A stretch of DNA of 64,000 bases from Deltaproteobacteria bacterium (GTDB lineage: Bacteria > Myxococcota_A > Polyangia > Fen-1088), in NCBI GenBank assembly GCA_033763315.1, contig JANRKS010000028.1, positions 64,001 through 128,000 of the forward strand. Direction: 5' to 3'. Every line of letters begins with the position of its first letter. The stretch's first letter is position 1. The notes below the pieces were generated by a model, which saw nothing but the letters and a program-made list of their open reading frames with translations, was not told where the DNA came from and searched no databases. Shown in pieces: positions 59,797-64,000 of the stretch. Both the position numbers and the translations under genes were made by a program.

Positions 59797-60954
59797 TCAG
59801 CGGTTGATGGGGTGCGGATCGAGTGAAGGCGTCAGCTTCACGCTGTTGTTCACAGCCACGGGTGCACCATTGCGCAGCTTGAAGGCGCCTTGCGTGACCA
59901 CTTCTTCGCCGTTTTTCAAACCCTCTGCGATGGCGACGAAATCGCCGCGCGAGGGGCCAAGCCGCACAAATTGTTGCCGCGCCACCTTGGCCGGCTGGCC
60001 GTCCGGTCCTTTAACCACCGCACCCGATTCGTCCTTCTTGGGCTCCACAACGTAGACCGAGTCGCCATAGGGCGCATGCACGACGGACATGGCAGGCACC
60101 GTGACAACCGGATCCTGTTTGGGCAATACCACGGCAACGTTCACAAACATGCCTGGGCGCAAACGTTCGGCCGCGTTTTGCACCGTGGCGCGCAGCTTGA
60201 TGGTGCGCGTGCCAGCGTCGATGGTGGGATCCACCGCAGCAACTTTACCTTGCAGGGCTTCGCCTTTGGCCGACGCGATCGCCACGTTCACGGGCGTGCC
60301 TACCACCGCCTGCCCCAGAAACTGCTGCGGCAGCGAGAAATCAACGTATACCGAACCAAGCGATTCCAACACCGTGATGGGTGTGCCTGGGTTTAGGTAC
60401 TGCCCCAGATTGATGCTGCGAATGCCGAGCCGACCGGCGAAGGGCGCACGCACCGTTTTCTTTTCGATCTGCGCACGCAAGGCCGTGACGTCGGCGAGCG
60501 CCGTCCGCTGCTGCGCTTCATCGCTCTCCAGTTGAACCTGCGTGGCGGCACCGCCCTCGAGCAGCCGTTTGGTGCGCGCCCCTGTGGTGGTGGCCAGTTG
60601 CAAGCGCGCTTGTGCCGAAGCCAATTGCGCGGCCTCAACGCTTGCGTCGAGTTCAACCAACACCTGCCCCGCCTTGACCACGGCCCCCGATTCAAACCGA
60701 ATCGCTTTGACGACGCCCGGGATCTCATTGCTGATGGTGACGCCGCGTGCGGGGGCCACGCTGCCCACCGCGGCCAGCTCGCCCTGCCACGTGTCCGTCG
60801 AGGCGACAGCTGTTCCCACAGCCTCGGGGGGCGGCCCCGCAACCTCGGCCGCTTTGCCGAAGCCGATCAGCTTCGAAATTTGTTTAAACTTGACCCCAGC
60901 CAGGATCACAAACAGACCGAGCACGATGCCCGCAGCAATGAGATAACGACGCAT
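59797..60954 (-). CDS. RND efflux periplasmic adaptor (MFP)
   Basis: N-terminal TM; lipoyl-like G.V..I.FESG..V..GQ.L, VRAPFAG.LG, LRPGMFV. Start MRRYL at 60954. Confidence 0.93.
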   Translation of the reverse strand: MRRYLIAAGIVLGLFVILAGVKFKQISKLIGFGKAAEVAGPPPEAVGTAVASTDTWQGELAAVGSVAPARGVTISNEIPGVVKAIRFESGAVVKAGQVLVELDASVEAAQLASAQARLQLATTTGARTKRLLEGGAATQVQLESDEAQQRTALADVTALRAQIEKKTVRAPFAGRLGIRSINLGQYLNPGTPITVLESLGSVYVDFSLPQQFLGQAVVGTPVNVAIASAKGEALQGKVAAVDPTIDAGTRTIKLRATVQNAAERLRPGMFVNVAVVLPKQDPVVTVPAMSVVHAPYGDSVYVVEPKKDESGAVVKGPDGQPAKVARQQFVRLGPSRGDFVAIAEGLKNGEEVVTQGAFKLRNGAPVAVNNSVKLTPSLDPHPINR

Positions 60955-61260
60955 GCGGGCCCTTTGATGACACCCGCGTGCAGAAGTTTCACGCTGTTTC
61001 GTGGACCCCACGACGATTTCACGCTTTTGTTTCCACGCTTGAGCAGCCACATAAGCGAAATCTGAGACGCTTTTTTTCAATCCGCCGACGCCAAGAAACA
61101 ATGCCTTTTCTTTCGGTGGAGGCTTTGGTGTTGCCGCGGGCACAAGCGGACAAGTGTCCGATGCCGCGCCGTTCGGGGAACGGCCAGCGTGATAGAAAAT
61201 GCGGCTCAGGGTCGTCATCGGCGCGCGGGGCTCGAAGAGCTCGTGCTAAGAAGCCGCGTT

Positions 61261-62295
61261 TTGCTCAAACCCAGCTTCATTTGGCTCTTGCACCAACCGG
61301 CGTCCGCCACATGGTGTAAGCGCGAACTGGCAGAGAAGCGGCCGGACCTGCGTTTTGCGTTTTCGCGGCCTGGTTTAACCACATTTAAGCTGGACGAAGC
61401 TCACGTGGATGCGCCCGTCCCCAGCTCGTTCGCGCGGGCCCACGGGTATTCGCTCGGCCGCGCCGCTGACGCTGCCGGTGTGTTGGCCTGGGCCGAGGCT
61501 TTGCCTGAGCCACCGTTGCGCCTGCATGTTTTTGAGCGTGACCCTGATAAGCCCGCCGACGAACGCGACCGGAACGTCGCCGGCAGCCGTGCCACGGCCT
61601 TGGAACAAGAGCTGCGCGCGGCAGCGCCACATCGGTTTTTGCCTGGCAATGAAGCGCGCGCCGGTGAGTGGGTGCTGGATGTGATCACGGCGCCCGCCGA
61701 ACACGCCCCCGAAGAACTATTTGTGGGGTGGCACAAACACGATCGCACCCGCGGCCGCTTTCCCGGCGGGGTTGGCCACGCTTGGGTGCCGCCGAGCGCG
61801 CCCTCGCGCGCGTGGGCAAAGATTGAAGAAGCGATCGCATGGTCAGGCTTGCTGCCACGTGCCGGTGAAGTGGCCGTGGAGATCGGCGCGTCACCCGGTG
61901 GGGCCAGCTATGCGTTGCTTGAACGCGGGCTCACCGTGCATGGCGTTGACCCGGGTGAAATGGCGCCGATCGTCTTTGGCTTTGAAGATCGCTTCGTACA
62001 CCACGCGCTGCCGGCGGCCGAAGTACAACGCAAGGATTTGCCGCGCACGTTCCAGTGGCTCGCCAGCGATGTGAACCTGGCGCCGATGATCGCGCTTAAA
62101 TATGTGGAGCGCTTCGTGGCGTTGGCCCACGGTGGCTTGCGCGGGGCGTTCATCACTTTGAAGTTGAATGACGATGGTGTTTTTGCGGCTTTGCCCAAAC
62201 TTGCTCATCGCATCGAACGGCTGGGCGCACGTGAGGTGAGATACGTGCAGTTGCCCAGCCATCGCAGTGAGATCGCCGCGATCTTGGCGTGGTGA
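61261..62295 (+). CDS. RlmM/FtsJ-like SAM-dependent RNA methyltransferase
   Basis: APSRAWAKIEEA, VEIGASPGGAS..LL.RG..V.GVDP, SDVN, TLKL. Start uncertain (61189-61261). Confidence 0.8.
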   Translation: MLKPSFIWLLHQPASATWCKRELAEKRPDLRFAFSRPGLTTFKLDEAHVDAPVPSSFARAHGYSLGRAADAAGVLAWAEALPEPPLRLHVFERDPDKPADERDRNVAGSRATALEQELRAAAPHRFLPGNEARAGEWVLDVITAPAEHAPEELFVGWHKHDRTRGRFPGGVGHAWVPPSAPSRAWAKIEEAIAWSGLLPRAGEVAVEIGASPGGASYALLERGLTVHGVDPGEMAPIVFGFEDRFVHHALPAAEVQRKDLPRTFQWLASDVNLAPMIALKYVERFVALAHGGLRGAFITLKLNDDGVFAALPKLAHRIERLGAREVRYVQLPSHRSEIAAILAW

Positions 62296-62307
62296 TCCAA
62301 GCGGCCA

Positions 62308-63603
62308 TCAGAAGATGTGGCCTGCCACAAGATAAACGCCGACGGGACGCGCGTCAGGTGACCACGCCACATCGGCTCGCACCACAAACGTGCTGCCTTC
62401 CATCAGCCGCAAGCCGCCGCCCACGCCATATTTGAGACCAAGACCTGCGCCGTCAAGAGCGCGGCTGGGCGGCAGTTGCGACCACACGCGGCCACCATCC
62501 AAGAAGACGACCGCCCCCAGCGTGTAGTGTTTGCGCCCCAAATGAAAGGGGAACAAACGCACGCGCAGTTCAAGGTTTGTGAACGCTTTCACCTTGCCGT
62601 GGTACCGCTGCGCCAACACACCCCGCACACCCTTTTGACCGCCCACGGCGTTGGTTTCCTCGAAACGCGCCAGTTCGTAAAACGGCGGCGTGCCTTGCAA
62701 AGCGTCTGCGACGAATCGACCAGCGAAGATCACGCGCGAGGTGCGGACGGGTTGAAAGACGCGCGCTGTGAAATTGAGCTGCCTGTACGCGAACGGGAAG
62801 GCGTCGCCAATGTGGGGGCTGACGCGAAACTGCAGCGTATGATACTGCCCGCGCGTGGGGGCCATCTCATTGTCGCGCGTGTCGAGCGCCAACATCACCT
62901 CGGTGCGGGCCACATTGTGCGGTGAGCTTGTGCGAAAGGCCGAGGCAAACCCCTGCGGCGGCGCATTGATGTCAGCGGCCAGCCGCGTCTGCGGTCCCAC
63001 GTCCAAACGGTTGTGTGAATACGTTTGGCCCAGCTCTAAATTCAAGGGGCCCAACACACGGTAGCGGACACGCACATGCGCTTCGGGGTGCATGCGTTCG
63101 TATTGGTTGTCCTGCAGCGTCTGCCCGTTTAATGAAGGGCTGGCATTGCCGAGGCCAAAGTAGTTCAGCGACGTCTCACGCGTCCACGAACCCCGTGCCT
63201 CCAGGCGCCCGCGGCCCTGCCACAGATCCAGGTGGCGAAACAGCAGGTACACATCTTGGTAAGGTGAGCGAAAGCCCTTGTCATCGTAGGCCCCCGTGAC
63301 GAAAGCGCTGAGCTCGAGGCCCCACGTGAACGGCGGGTTCACCTTGTTGGGCACCGCATAGTTGGCGATGCCCCCTACGCCGTAGCCATAATCGCTGGCG
63401 CCCCCTGCCACGGGAAACACGCCGAGCTCCGGCTTTGTCTTGCTTGGGGGCGTGGCGGCCGCCGCCGCGGGTTGCGCGGCCACAGGACTGCTCGTGATTG
63501 TTATGGCGAGCAGCGCGAACCATGCCACCCAACCATGCTTGAATTTGTGGCTCAGCAGGGATGTCCTCGCGGCCAGACACTTCAAGACGCGTGCCGCTGG
63601 CAA
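62308..63603 (-). CDS. Omp85 (BamA/TamA-like) beta-barrel protein lacking POTRA domains
   Basis: LDTRDNE..PTRG, VGG..GVRG, NLELR, FLDGGRVW, GVGGGLR, C-terminal GHIF. Start uncertain. Confidence 0.8.
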   Translation of the reverse strand: MPAARVLKCLAARTSLLSHKFKHGWVAWFALLAITITSSPVAAQPAAAAATPPSKTKPELGVFPVAGGASDYGYGVGGIANYAVPNKVNPPFTWGLELSAFVTGAYDDKGFRSPYQDVYLLFRHLDLWQGRGRLEARGSWTRETSLNYFGLGNASPSLNGQTLQDNQYERMHPEAHVRVRYRVLGPLNLELGQTYSHNRLDVGPQTRLAADINAPPQGFASAFRTSSPHNVARTEVMLALDTRDNEMAPTRGQYHTLQFRVSPHIGDAFPFAYRQLNFTARVFQPVRTSRVIFAGRFVADALQGTPPFYELARFEETNAVGGQKGVRGVLAQRYHGKVKAFTNLELRVRLFPFHLGRKHYTLGAVVFLDGGRVWSQLPPSRALDGAGLGLKYGVGGGLRLMEGSTFVVRADVAWSPDARPVGVYLVAGHIF

Positions 63604-63725
63604 GACGCTTCAGGCCGTGGTCAATTGGTTGCGACGTTACGCAGATTACGCAACCAGGGATAGCCACGTCACGACATCGAGACGATCTTTCGGTTTCGCA
63701 CCGAGCAGGCTGTATTGTGCCGAGC

Positions 63726-64000
63726 ATGTTTTTCTTGCTTGCGGCGCGTGCCCGCGGCCTGGCGTTGTTTCAGCTCATCATCACTTGGGCGCCGTTGCGC
63801 CGCGTGTGTGCACGCGCAGACGTGCAGTTCATATGGGTTTGCCTCGTCTTGTTGGGCGCGTTTACGCTGGTACGGCCGCTGTTTGCCGCCGCTGTGCCCG
63901 AGGAGGTTTTCCGCTCACGTTTCGTGATGGGACAACTCGCCGTCGACGACTATCGCCAACTCGTTTCAGCTGCGCGTCGGCAAAAGCCCATGGTGCCTCG
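63726..64000 (+). CDS. Possible N-terminus of a membrane/secreted protein running off the window
   Basis: Frame open from ATG 63726 to the window end, with a hydrophobic stretch (FIWVCLVLLGAFTLV). Confidence 0.35.
   Translation, partial: MFFLLAARARGLALFQLIITWAPLRRVCARADVQFIWVCLVLLGAFTLVRPLFAAAVPEEVFRSRFVMGQLAVDDYRQLVSAARRQKPMVP

Overview
A gene-dense, GC-rich window (about 60% by eye). It most likely comes from a Myxococcota/Polyangia-type bacterium, inferred from the many Gly-rich-linker lipoproteins, DUF1592/DUF1552 pairs, DUF4388, an ECF-caspase operon and an extra DnaK paralog. The left ~52 kb is accessory and secretome-rich. It holds four separate DUF1592-type c-heme lipoprotein + Tat-exported DUF1552 operons, glycoside-hydrolase-like, SGNH, beta-helix and BNR lipoproteins, an ECF sigma/anti-sigma/exported caspase operon, a membrane-bound CheA-like kinase module (with porin, Tat PBP-like protein and di-heme peroxidase), a globin-PAS-PAS Aer2-like chemoreceptor and a beta-propeller two-component system. 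The right end is more housekeeping (dnaK paralog, RNase Z, RND pump, RlmM-like methyltransferase, Omp85 barrel); argG lies mid-window. The most notable sequence-level signal is a LacI-operator-like palindrome (GCTAATCGATTAGC). It recurs upstream of three of the four DUF1592/DUF1552 operons and of a sugar oxidoreductase/glycosidase operon, suggesting these uncharacterised heme/Tat modules belong to a carbohydrate-responsive regulon. No rRNA, tRNA, CRISPR array or IS element was recognised. All family calls come from motif recognition by eye, not from database searches.
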